A stretch of 32,000 nucleotides of DNA from Nonlabens ponticola (lineage in GTDB: Bacteria; Bacteroidota; Bacteroidia; Flavobacteriales; Flavobacteriaceae). The stretch covers positions 570,001 to 602,000 of the forward strand of contig NZ_CP034549.1 of assembly GCF_003966335.1 (NCBI RefSeq), given 5' to 3'. The notes below the pieces were generated by a model. That model worked only from the letters and a program-made list of their open reading frames with translations. It was not told where the DNA came from and made no database searches. The position numbers and the translations under genes are program-made. Numbering within the stretch: the stretch's first letter is position 1; every line of letters starts with the position of its first letter. Below, in pieces: positions 15,078 to 22,994 of this stretch.

Positions 15078-16729
15078 TAGCTCAAGATGCGTTTATATTC
15101 TTTGGGATTATCTAATACCTTAATGGCTTCTTGAATTTCAGGGCCGTACTTGAGTTGATATTCATACAAGCCATCGCGATAAAAATAACGCTTGACGATC
15201 TCGTCAGTGAGCAGGCTCATGATCTCGGCCTTTTTATCCTTAATGTCTCCTTTTTTGGCTTCCTTGATCGCCTGCACCATGGTCTGGTAGCTTGCATCAA
15301 TGTCGTCATCCAGTTGTTCATTGGCTGCTGTTTTGTAAGCTTTCGCGAAAGCTGACTCTGTAACTGTCTCAAAATCAAAACCACGAGCCTCAATCCATGC
15401 GATGAAGTCTGCAAAATCTTGATTACTCAATTTAATGTCATCTATACTCGCATACTGATGGTTGTAATAATAGTCAGTCGCATAGTCAAATATGGCATTA
15501 TCACGCAATAACGCGGTGGTAATAGGCGAGTAGGCAGCGCTCTCCATCTTAATATCGGGATCGATGCCGCCACCATCATATACCGTACGGCCGCTGTTGA
15601 CCGTCTTGTAAGCGTTGTAATCTTCCTTGAGCGTGCGCACGGCATTGCCATCTGCATCGCGGTTCCAGTAATCCAGCGCCTGGATGCATCTACCACTAGG
15701 CGTGAAATATCTAGAAATGGTAATCTTTACCTGTGTTCCATAGCTCAACTCACGCGGACGCTGTACGAGGCCTTTACCATAACTGCGTGCGCCTATCACG
15801 ACACCACGGTCATAATCCTGCACGCTACCGCTCACAATCTCGCTGGCACTGGCGCTGCGGCCGTTGATGAGAACCGCTAACGGTATATCTGCGTCAAAGG
15901 CTTTCTTTTTTGTCAAATAGGTGCGGTTGTACTTCTCGATAGAAGATTGTGTACTGGTAATGAGTTTATCCTTAGGAATAAAGAGGTTTGAAACATTCAC
16001 GGCCTCGCTCAATAAGCCACCAGGATTACCTCGCAGGTCCAAGATAATTTTTTGCGCACCTTGCTCCTTCAAATCACGTATCGCATCACGAGTTTCTCTT
16101 GAGGCTTTCTCGTTGAACTTTGCTAAAATTACATATCCTATATCGCTGGTTGCCATACCATAAAACGGTACCGCTTTAATATCTACCGCAGCACGTTCCA
16201 GCGTGGTGCTGTTTGTTTTACCTTGTCTAGTGTAGGTTACCTGTAGCTTTGTACCGGCAGAACCCTGTAATAGTTTTCCAGCATTATCCTCATAATCTGC
16301 GATCTTGATACCATCAATTTCCAGGATTTCATCGCCTGCCTTAAGGCCTGCCTTATCGGCTGGATAGTCTTTCCAAGGCTCAACGATTATCAGTTTGTTT
16401 TCCGTGGTGCGCACATTGGCACCTATACCTGTGTAGGCACCTCGCGAATTAATACGCGATTGCTCTACCTCTTGCTCTGTCCAGTATTTTGTATAAGGAT
16501 CAAGATCAGACAACATGCCTTCTATGGCGTTGTCCATAAGATCTGCAGGATTAGTCTCATCAACATAGTTCATGTTGATTTGTTTATACATCTCTGTAAA
16601 AATCTCAATCTGCTTGGCAATTTCAAAGAAGTCATTCTTGAAACTTGCTAGACACAACAGCATCGCACTTCCTAAAATGGGAAGCAGAATTTGACGCTTA
16701 ATTTTTACTGTGGTATGCTTTCTTGCCAA
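15077..16729 (-). CDS. S41-family C-terminal processing peptidase with PDZ domain
   Basis: 550 aa. PDZ region (PADKAGLKAGDEILEIDG) and S41 catalytic region (LDLRGNPGGLL ... GRSASASEI ... YGKGLVQ). The start is an apparent TTG, which preserves the N-terminal membrane anchor. Confidence 0.9.
   Translation of the reverse strand: MARKHTTVKIKRQILLPILGSAMLLCLASFKNDFFEIAKQIEIFTEMYKQINMNYVDETNPADLMDNAIEGMLSDLDPYTKYWTEQEVEQSRINSRGAYTGIGANVRTTENKLIIVEPWKDYPADKAGLKAGDEILEIDGIKIADYEDNAGKLLQGSAGTKLQVTYTRQGKTNSTTLERAAVDIKAVPFYGMATSDIGYVILAKFNEKASRETRDAIRDLKEQGAQKIILDLRGNPGGLLSEAVNVSNLFIPKDKLITSTQSSIEKYNRTYLTKKKAFDADIPLAVLINGRSASASEIVSGSVQDYDRGVVIGARSYGKGLVQRPRELSYGTQVKITISRYFTPSGRCIQALDYWNRDADGNAVRTLKEDYNAYKTVNSGRTVYDGGGIDPDIKMESAAYSPITTALLRDNAIFDYATDYYYNHQYASIDDIKLSNQDFADFIAWIEARGFDFETVTESAFAKAYKTAANEQLDDDIDASYQTMVQAIKEAKKGDIKDKKAEIMSLLTDEIVKRYFYRDGLYEYQLKYGPEIQEAIKVLDNPKEYKRILS
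15338..15353. repeat. iterated palindrome copy 6 (AGCTTTCGCGAAAGCT), inside the S41 peptidase gene
   Basis: Perfect 16-nt palindrome, read as A-F-A-K-A (ESAFAKAYK). Confidence 0.95.
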
Positions 16730-16800
16730 AATCGGTATCTTAAATTAATTGTTAAAGATACTGAAAACGCTGCTATACAGGCATTTGTTGTTCTAGAAGC

Positions 16801-17175
16801 TCAACTTTTGGCGTCCGTTAATCGATGTAATTCTTTGATAACGTTATGTACTAGCTTATTAATTTGCTCCTGATCAGGCATTTTATGAGATTGATAAATC
16901 CACATAAATTTAAAATGCTGTGTTACCAATAGAGGTAGGTCGTGCTGTTGCAACCTGTAGGATTCACGCATCAAGCGTTTGATTCTATTGCGGTCAACAG
17001 CTAGTTTATGAAAGCGTTTAGGCACTGTAAAAGTCACCTTGTTTTCATCAGCTCCTTGATCTTGAACGTACTTCAGTCGCAATGCACCCTTGCGAACGGA
17101 AAGACCTTCTATAAAAAGGCGATCAATATCCTTTTTACGTTTTAGTTTTTTCTCTCTGCCCAAAGTGAATTTCAT
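16801..17175 (-). CDS. rnpA: ribonuclease P protein component
   Basis: Basic RnpA-like protein (FTLGREKKLKRKKDIDRLF ... VPKRFHKLAVDRNRIKRLMRESYR). I chose the start at 17175 (124 aa) because the ORF-track start 17226 lies inside the upstream gene's terminator hairpin. Confidence 0.8.
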   Translation of the reverse strand: MKFTLGREKKLKRKKDIDRLFIEGLSVRKGALRLKYVQDQGADENKVTFTVPKRFHKLAVDRNRIKRLMRESYRLQQHDLPLLVTQHFKFMWIYQSHKMPDQEQINKLVHNVIKELHRLTDAKS

Positions 17176-17208
17176 GTGGTAAAGGTAGTGGGTTCGATAG
17201 GATCGCTT

Positions 17209-17238
17209 ATAAAAAAGCCAGCTCATCGAGCTGGCTTT
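17209..17238 (-). terminator. Rho-independent terminator after the M1 peptidase gene
   Basis: Perfect 9-bp stem AGCCAGCTC/GAGCTGGCT with a 3-nt loop, followed on the minus strand by TTTTTT. Confidence 0.75.
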
Positions 17239-17259
17239 CTAAATAAAATAGATTATTTC

Positions 17260-19119
17260 CTAGTTCTCAAGCGTGTTATTCTCGCGATTAACATCTGCCA
17301 TCATTTGTTTTGGGTCGATGGTGATCGATGAAACGTCTGCCGCATCAATACCAGGCAGTGTGAGATTATAAGTAGGGAAAGCCCACGGCCAGTCTGCCTC
17401 AACTTTCCAGTCGCTAGGTACTTCTTTCTCACCACGCATCATGCGTAATGGTAGGTAATACATATATTCATCGCCACTTTTAGTAGTTACCTTGATATCC
17501 AGTGGCATAGGCATGAGTCCCTTTCGCGAAAGCGTAACCACAGCATTACCAGAATCATTGACCACAGCATCAACACTGTAGTCAATCGTATTTGTAGTTT
17601 GCGTCCAGTCTGTATGATACCAGTCCAGTTCCATACCGCTCACACGCTCTGCCACGCGCTTGAAGTCGTTAGGCGTAGGGTGTTTGAACTTCCAGGTGTC
17701 ATAGTATTCCTTGATGATCTCGTCGCGCACCTCATCGCCTACTACATAACCCAATTGTGCGAGATAGGTAGCACCTTTAGAATAAGCACTAACGCCATAG
17801 GCAAAGTTGCGCTCATAGCGATCTGCATGCGTCGTTTGTGGTTGCTCAACGCCACTGTTCGCTAGTCTAATATAACCTGCATATGAACCTTCATTGGGAT
17901 TTTCTTGACCCTCATTCTTAATCTCATCCATGGCAAGATTAGAAATGTAGGTAGTAAAACCTTCATCCATCCACTCATGTTTTGCCTCGTTAGTAGCCAG
18001 TATGTGGTTGAACCATGAGTGCGCAAACTCGTGAGCGGTGACACCAGCTAGACCGTCGTAACTGCGCTCTCCAGTAATAAGCGTACACATGGCATACTCC
18101 ATACCACCATCACCACCTTGCAATACAGAATATTGTTTGTACGGATACTGGCCTATGTTCTCATTGAAGAATTGGAGCATCTTGTTGGTATCTGGTTGCA
18201 AGCGCTTCCAGTTCTCTTTCAAATTATCTTTGTTTAGGTAAAAAAAGTGCAGGTCAACACCATTGGCGCCTTTGTAAATATCATGCACATAATTAGGGTC
18301 TGCTGCCCAAGCAAAATCATGCACCTTAGGTGCTTTAAAGTGCCAGGTCAGTTTGCCATTCTCGCCCTTAGCAGGACCAGAGTTGGGCTTGTCATAGCCG
18401 TGACCTATTTCTTTTGGGTTTTGTAGATAACCAGTACCACCTACAGTATAGGATTTGTCCATGGTGAGTTTTACATCAAAATCGCCCCAAACGCCGTGAA
18501 ATTCACGACCTATGTAAGGACTAGCGTTCCAGCCGTCTATATCAAATTCAGCGATTTTAGGATACCATTGCGTCATGGATAGTGCGACGCCTTCCGCATT
18601 ATTGCGGCCGCTACGTCTTATCTGTACAGGAACTTGGCCATTAAAATCAAGCTTAAACATAGTGCTTTGTCCAGGTTTCAACGGCTTGGCAAGTGGCACG
18701 ACCAGAATGGTCTCTTCTTCTTTAGGATTGAGCGTCATACCATCTTGAGTCATGTTGCTCACATGCAGGTAACCTATTTCATTAGGTTTTAGCGCAACAA
18801 TTCGAGAGCCTACACGACCATCAGGATCTTGAATGCTGCGCGAGCGCACATCCATCTCACTACCAGGTTGGAAGGCGTTGAAGAACAGATGATAATACAC
18901 CTTATCCAGTGTTTCTGGACTGTTGTTGGTATACACCAGAGTCTGTTTACCGTCGTATTGATAGTTGTCGACATTCATGTCAACGTCCATTTTATAGTCA
19001 ACCTCTTGCTGCCAGTAATTAGGCATATCAGGGTTTTGAGCCATCGGTTTACTGGTCTCTTTAGTAGAACTACAGCTGGCCAAAACTGCCGCCGCGAGTA
19101 TTAAAAAAGTTTTTTTCAT
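17260..19119 (-). CDS. M1-family zinc metallopeptidase (aminopeptidase N-like) lipoprotein
   Basis: 619 aa. Lipoprotein signal (LAAAVLASCSS) and gluzincin motif HEFAHSWF-x17-WMDEGFTTY. Confidence 0.9.
   Translation of the reverse strand: MKKTFLILAAAVLASCSSTKETSKPMAQNPDMPNYWQQEVDYKMDVDMNVDNYQYDGKQTLVYTNNSPETLDKVYYHLFFNAFQPGSEMDVRSRSIQDPDGRVGSRIVALKPNEIGYLHVSNMTQDGMTLNPKEEETILVVPLAKPLKPGQSTMFKLDFNGQVPVQIRRSGRNNAEGVALSMTQWYPKIAEFDIDGWNASPYIGREFHGVWGDFDVKLTMDKSYTVGGTGYLQNPKEIGHGYDKPNSGPAKGENGKLTWHFKAPKVHDFAWAADPNYVHDIYKGANGVDLHFFYLNKDNLKENWKRLQPDTNKMLQFFNENIGQYPYKQYSVLQGGDGGMEYAMCTLITGERSYDGLAGVTAHEFAHSWFNHILATNEAKHEWMDEGFTTYISNLAMDEIKNEGQENPNEGSYAGYIRLANSGVEQPQTTHADRYERNFAYGVSAYSKGATYLAQLGYVVGDEVRDEIIKEYYDTWKFKHPTPNDFKRVAERVSGMELDWYHTDWTQTTNTIDYSVDAVVNDSGNAVVTLSRKGLMPMPLDIKVTTKSGDEYMYYLPLRMMRGEKEVPSDWKVEADWPWAFPTYNLTLPGIDAADVSSITIDPKQMMADVNRENNTLEN
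17521..17532. repeat. iterated palindrome copy 7 (CTTTCGCGAAAG core only), inside the M1 peptidase gene
   Basis: 12-nt core, read as L-S-R-K (VTLSRKGL). It keeps the GCGTAAC extension on one side. Confidence 0.95.
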
Positions 19120-19185
19120 GAATCCTGTTTGTTAAAGCATAAAGATAAGGATTTGGCTGCACCTTGAATTGATCTTAGTATTGGG

Positions 19186-19301
19186 AATCATTTGGGCGTT
19201 TCCACCCAAACTTTGGGTGGTCGGGCTTTACGCTACAAGTCCTCGCTTACTCCCGATAGTCATCGGGATCGCTGTGGGCTTTTCACTGCAATCCCTAACG
19301 C
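19186..19301 (+). repeat. structured ~116-nt repeat, copy A (possible small RNA or REP-like element)
   Basis: It shares AATCATTTGGGCGTT at the 5' end, a central GGCTTTxCGCTACAAxTC block and a CAATCCxTAACGC 3' end with copy B. Internal hairpins are CCACCCAAA-C-TTTGGGTGG and TCCCGAT-AGTC-ATCGGGA. Confidence 0.7.
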
Positions 19302-19365
19302 TTGTATTATAGGTGATAAATGCATTGTATGAATGGTTATAAAGATTTTAAGTTGGTTTTCGTAG

Positions 19366-19433
19366 GATTCCGCATCAAGTGCGAATAATAAGAAGAAAAA
19401 CCTTATCGTTTGCTAAGGTTTTAACTGTGAGCC
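19366..19433 (-). repeat. distal copy of the tRNA-Met 3'-flank duplication
   Basis: Aligns with 19515-19586 and contains the same hairpin (ATTCCGCA..TGCG-AAT), the same terminator-like hairpin (AACCTTA/TAAGGTT plus T-run on the minus strand), and about 10 nt resembling the tRNA 3' acceptor end. Confidence 0.6.
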
Positions 19434-19514
19434 AGGTGAGTTTCATTTGATGGCTCAAAAAATTGACCAATTTCCATTGTTGATTTTAAAAGCTTGAAGA
19501 ACAAACGATGTAAA

Positions 19515-19586
19515 GATTCCGCATCAAGTGCGGAATGGATAATAAAAAAAGACCCTAGCGTTAACTAAGGTCTTTACCGTGGGCCC
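19515..19586 (-). repeat. tRNA-proximal copy of the 3'-flank duplication
   Basis: Covers the last nucleotides of tRNA-Met, its terminator, and the 8-bp hairpin ATTCCGCA-TCAAG-TGCGGAAT. It is offset 149 nt from the distal copy. Confidence 0.6.
19543..19574 (-). terminator. Rho-independent terminator after tRNA-Met
   Basis: On the minus strand, AGACCTTAG-TTAACG-CTAGGGTCT (one G-U pair) is followed by TTTTTTT. Confidence 0.7.
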
Positions 19587-19653
19587 ACCTGGGCTCGAAC
19601 CAGGGACTTTCTGATTATGAGTCAGATACTCTAACCAGCTGAGTTATAGGCCC
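19580..19653 (-). tRNA. tRNA-Met (anticodon CAT), elongator type; could be tRNA-Ile2 if lysidine-modified
   Basis: 74-nt cloverleaf. Acceptor GGGCCTA/TGGGCCC, D arm ACTC-AGCTGGTTA-GAGT, anticodon stem TCTGA/TCAGA with loop CTCATAA, T arm CCTGG-TTCGAGC-CCAGG. It is not initiator-like: G1-C72 pairs and there is no GGG/CCC anticodon stem. Confidence 0.85.
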
Positions 19654-19723
19654 TCAAAATATCGCAGCGCGATATACTGATTAAAAAGTCTGCAAATTTA
19701 AACTTTATATCAAATCTACCCAA

Positions 19724-20131
19724 CTATTCCTGTATTTCCTGACATAGTTCTACTAGGACGCCGTTGGTACTTTTTGGATGTATGAAAGCCACTAGTTTAT
19801 TATCGGCACCTTTCTTAGGCTCTTTGTTTATTAAGGTAAAACCTTCGGACTCCAATCGTTGCATTTCTGCATGGATGTTCTCTACCGCATAGGCCACATG
19901 GTGTATGCCTGTGCCGCGTTTTTCTATATGCTTTGCGATGGCACTATCATCGCTGGTGGCTGCAAGTAATTCTATTTTATTCTCACCAGCCGTAAAGAAG
20001 CTAGTAATGACATGCTCACTTTCTACCGCTTCTTGCTTGTAAGGTTGACGTCCCAGCAGCTTTGTGTACAAGTCGTTTGCCTGTTTAAGGTCCTTAACGG
20101 CAATTCCTAAATGTTCAATTTTACCTAGCAT
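19724..20131 (-). CDS. mce: methylmalonyl-CoA epimerase (VOC/glyoxalase-fold)
   Basis: MLGKIEHLGIAVKDL ... GIHHVAYAV ... GVLVELCQ is typical of Mce. I chose the start at 20131 (135 aa) because a TATCTTTG -7 box at 20150-20157 lies inside the longer ORF-track version. Confidence 0.8.
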   Translation of the reverse strand: MLGKIEHLGIAVKDLKQANDLYTKLLGRQPYKQEAVESEHVITSFFTAGENKIELLAATSDDSAIAKHIEKRGTGIHHVAYAVENIHAEMQRLESEGFTLINKEPKKGADNKLVAFIHPKSTNGVLVELCQEIQE

Positions 20132-20149
20132 GTCTATCAATTTTGCCAG

Positions 20150-20157
20150 CAAAGATA
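20150..20157 (-). promoter_or_regulatory. -7 promoter box TATCTTTG for mce
   Basis: Exact TAnnTTTG match on the minus strand, 18 nt upstream of the ATG at 20131. Confidence 0.45.
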
Positions 20158-20227
20158 TTTTAATTGAACCAAGTGCTTTTGAAATACAAGCCAATTACAT
20201 CAGTAAGAATAATATTTAAAATTACTT

Positions 20228-20345
20228 GCGTTAAGGATTGAAGAGGAAATCCTTTTTATAGTATGCGCAGCAAAGCACACCATAAAAAGATTGTAGCGCA
20301 AAGCCTGACCTGGCCTTTTTCTGGACAGGTAACGCCCAAATGATT
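20228..20345 (-). repeat. structured ~118-nt repeat, copy B (inverted relative to copy A)
   Basis: Its reverse complement begins AATCATTTGGGCGTT and ends CAATCCTTAACGC, like copy A. The hairpins sit at the same positions but have different sequences: CCTGTCC-AGAAAAA-GGCCAGG, and a 15-bp stem CTTTTTATGGTGTGC/GCATACTATAAAAAG with two G-T pairs. Confidence 0.7.
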
Positions 20346-20362
20346 ATGATGCGAGATTGAAT

Positions 20363-20370
20363 TACCTTTG
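20363..20370 (+). promoter_or_regulatory. -7 promoter box TACCTTTG for rbfA
   Basis: Exact TAnnTTTG match only 4 nt upstream of the ATG at 20375, which implies a leaderless or near-leaderless mRNA. Confidence 0.4.
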
Positions 20371-20374
20371 TAGC

Positions 20375-20770
20375 ATGGAAGAAACTCAACGTCAAAAAAA
20401 AATTGCGGGAATTCTGCAAGAGGATATCTCTAGTGTGTTGCAGGAAAAAATGCGCCAGAATGCGGTGAAGAATCTGCTGGTATCTGTGACTAAGGTTACG
20501 GTGACGCCTGATCTGGGTTATGCTAAGGCTTTTGTATCTGTTTTTCCTGCTAATAAGGCTGATGCGGTGATTGAGGAGATCAAGGAAATGACGGGTGAGA
20601 TACGCCATGAGGTGGCTGCTAGGGTGCGACACCAGTTCCGTAGGATGCCTGAGCTGCAAATTTATAATGATGATAGTTTGGAATACATGGATCAAATTGA
20701 TCGCGAGCTCAAGGGCGAGAACAACCCAATTGAGAATCCTGATATTTTACCGCGACGCAAGAAGTCTTAA
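20375..20770 (+). CDS. rbfA: ribosome-binding factor A
   Basis: MEETQRQKKIAGILQEDISSVLQ ... VTKVTVTPDLGYAKAFVSVF is RbfA-like. I prefer the start at 20375 (131 aa) over 20357, which lies upstream of the -7 box. Confidence 0.9.
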   Translation: MEETQRQKKIAGILQEDISSVLQEKMRQNAVKNLLVSVTKVTVTPDLGYAKAFVSVFPANKADAVIEEIKEMTGEIRHEVAARVRHQFRRMPELQIYNDDSLEYMDQIDRELKGENNPIENPDILPRRKKS

Positions 20771-21988
20771 TTGAACATCTCGTACTACATAGCGCGACGT
20801 TATCTGGTTTCCAAAAATGGCAAGAATGCCATTAACATCATTAATATTCTAAGTTTTATCATAACAATCGTGGGAACGGCGGCACTATTTATTGTGCTTT
20901 CCGGTTTTAGCGGGTTGAAAGATTTTAGTACCAGTTTCAGCGGTTATTTTGATCCTGACTTACAGGTCACTGCGGTTCAAGGAAAAACGGTACAACTCAC
21001 CAATGACCGACTAGAATCATTGCTCCAGACAGACGGCGTCGATGTGGTTGCTGGTGTGATAGAGGAAAAAGCGTTTCTCAACTATGACGAGAAAAATGAC
21101 ATCGCTTTTATAAAGGGTGTTCCCAACAACTACACGCAAATTATTTCTACTGACTCTATCTTGATAGGCGGCAGCTGGCTGACTGATAGCGATCCACAAA
21201 TTGTTATTGGTGCTGGTATCGCTACTGATCTATCGGTTTTTGTAAATGACTATAGCTCTTTCCTGCAAATTATGGTACCTAAACCTGGCGAGGAAGCGCT
21301 TAATGTGATGAACTTGAGTAGATCATTTCGCAAGCTGGATGCTGTTGCGGTAGGTATGTTCTCAGTCAATGAGGAGCTGGACAACAAGTACATCTTTATT
21401 ACTCTGGATGCTGCTCGCGCGCTTATGGGTTATAATGAGAATACGGTGAGCGCCGTAGAGATCAAATTATCAGAGCCTCAAAAAGAAGATGAAGTACGTC
21501 AGGCAATCGCCAGTATTTTTGAAGAGGATATTATTATTAAAAATAAGCTGCAATTAAATGGAGCACTTTATAAAATGCTGAATAGCGAGAACCTCGCGGT
21601 TTACTTGATTTTTACACTGGTGTTGATCATCGCCCTGTTCAATGTGGTAGGCTCGATCATCATGATGATTCTTGATAAGAAAAAAAACTTAAAAACATTG
21701 CTAGACCTTGGCGCGCAGGTAGGTGACTTGCGTAAGGTGTTCTTTATTCAAGGAACGCTCATGACGCTGGCTGGTGGCTTGATTGGATTATTGATAGGCG
21801 TCGCTTTTGTTGTCCTACAAATCGAGTTTGACCTCGTTTATATCGCGCCAGGATTGCCTTATCCTTTTGCTATGGACTGGACTAATGTGATTGTGGCACT
21901 TTCTACTATTGCGGTTTTAGGTATGATCGCGAGTTATACGGGTAGTCGTCGTATTAATGATCGATTGTTGTCTCAGGCAAAGCTGTAA
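20771..21988 (+). CDS. FtsX-like ABC transporter permease (LolC/LolE-type)
   Basis: 405 aa. N-terminal TM helix, large periplasmic MacB-like domain, and a C-terminal FtsX three-helix bundle. The apparent TTG start directly abuts the rbfA stop. Confidence 0.85.
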   Translation: MNISYYIARRYLVSKNGKNAINIINILSFIITIVGTAALFIVLSGFSGLKDFSTSFSGYFDPDLQVTAVQGKTVQLTNDRLESLLQTDGVDVVAGVIEEKAFLNYDEKNDIAFIKGVPNNYTQIISTDSILIGGSWLTDSDPQIVIGAGIATDLSVFVNDYSSFLQIMVPKPGEEALNVMNLSRSFRKLDAVAVGMFSVNEELDNKYIFITLDAARALMGYNENTVSAVEIKLSEPQKEDEVRQAIASIFEEDIIIKNKLQLNGALYKMLNSENLAVYLIFTLVLIIALFNVVGSIIMMILDKKKNLKTLLDLGAQVGDLRKVFFIQGTLMTLAGGLIGLLIGVAFVVLQIEFDLVYIAPGLPYPFAMDWTNVIVALSTIAVLGMIASYTGSRRINDRLLSQAKL

Positions 21989-22965
21989 TCACCAAACTCC
22001 TGTAGCACCTCATCAAACGCATCAAATACTCCTTGTGGATCGTCACTAGTCACCATTTTCATGCGGTGTTGCTTGAAGTTAGGGATGCCTTTGAAATAAT
22101 TAGTGTAGTGCCTACGTGTTTCAAAAACACCTAGTTTCTCACCTTTCCAAGCGATGGACATTTCTAAGTGACGTCTCGCAACTTCAACACGTTCTTGCAT
22201 GGTTGGTGGCGCCAGATGTTCACCTGTTTCAAAGAAATGCTTGACTTCTCTAAAAAACCACGGGTAACCTATGCTCGCGCGTCCTATCATGGCACCGTCA
22301 AGCCCATATTCATCGCGCATTTCAAGAGCACGTTCTGGTGTGTTGACATCACCATTGCCAAATACAGGAATGTGCATGCGTGGATTGTTCTTAACATCTG
22401 CAATGGGTTTCCAGTCAGCGTCGCCTTTATACATTTGAGCGCGTGTGCGCCCGTGAATACTGATGGCCTTAATGCCTACGTCTTGTAATCTTTCGGCAAC
22501 CTCAACAATTTTAATGCTGTCGTGATCCCAACCTAATCGTGTTTTCACGGTAATAGGCAAATTGGTGTGCTTAACCATGGCAGCAGTGAGCTCTACCATG
22601 AGATCGATGTCCTTAAGAATTCCAGCGCCAGCACCTTTAGAAACCACTTTTTTAACTGGGCAGCCGAAGTTGATATCAATAATGTCTGGTTTGGTGCGCT
22701 CAACAATCTCTACAGATTGCAACATGGATTGCATGTTAGCTCCAAAAATCTGAATCCCTACTGGACGCTCTGTCTCATAGATATCTAATTTCATGGTACT
22801 TTTTGCAGCGTCGCGTATGAGGCCTTCACTAGAGATAAATTCTGTGTAAACCACATCTGCACCATTTTCCTTGCACAGCGTGCGGAATGGTGGATCACTC
22901 ACATCTTCCATAGGTGCGAGTAATAGTGGGAATTCAGGAAGTTCTATGTCGCCTATCTTGACCAT
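21973..22965 (-). CDS. dusB: tRNA-dihydrouridine synthase B
   Basis: 330 aa. Dus TIM-barrel motifs (LLAPMEDVSDPPFR, DINFGCPVKKV, HGRTRAQMYKG). Its 3' end overlaps the convergent permease gene by 16 nt. Confidence 0.95.
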   Translation of the reverse strand: MVKIGDIELPEFPLLLAPMEDVSDPPFRTLCKENGADVVYTEFISSEGLIRDAAKSTMKLDIYETERPVGIQIFGANMQSMLQSVEIVERTKPDIIDINFGCPVKKVVSKGAGAGILKDIDLMVELTAAMVKHTNLPITVKTRLGWDHDSIKIVEVAERLQDVGIKAISIHGRTRAQMYKGDADWKPIADVKNNPRMHIPVFGNGDVNTPERALEMRDEYGLDGAMIGRASIGYPWFFREVKHFFETGEHLAPPTMQERVEVARRHLEMSIAWKGEKLGVFETRRHYTNYFKGIPNFKQHRMKMVTSDDPQGVFDAFDEVLQEFGDYSFA

Positions 22966-22969
22966 AGTG

Positions 22970-22977
22970 CAAAAATA
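22970..22977 (-). promoter_or_regulatory. -7 promoter box TATTTTTG for dusB
   Basis: Exact TAnnTTTG match on the minus strand, 4 nt upstream of the dusB ATG. This is the same spacing as at rbfA. Confidence 0.4.
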
Positions 22978-22994
22978 CTATATAAATAGGTCGT

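Noticed and set aside
16801-17175. rnpA as a marker that the replication origin (rpmH-rnpA-dnaA region) is nearby
   Set aside because: rpmH, dnaA and dnaN are absent from the window, and rnpA is frequently unlinked from them in Bacteroidota. Its presence says nothing about ori proximity.
19186-20345. The inverted structured repeats as ends of a composite transposon or genomic islet
   Set aside because: The enclosed DNA (about 0.9 kb) carries only tRNA-Met and mce, which are housekeeping genes, with no transposase. I saw no flanking direct target duplication. I therefore describe the repeats as independent copies of a small structured element, not as transposon termini.
2124-20357. Longer N-terminal extensions given by the ORF track for the YtxH gene (2124), arsC (13293), rnpA (17226), mce (20194) and rbfA (20357)
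   Set aside because: In each case the extension overlaps a -7 promoter box, a terminator hairpin or the upstream gene. The family-typical N-terminus begins at an internal ATG, so I used the shorter coordinates.
20231-20695. 154-aa ORF on the minus strand
   Set aside because: It is antisense to the well-supported rbfA gene, and its C-terminal end is just the translated structured repeat (copy B). The composition is His/Arg/Leu/Ser-rich and low-complexity, with no start context. I treat it as a shadow ORF.
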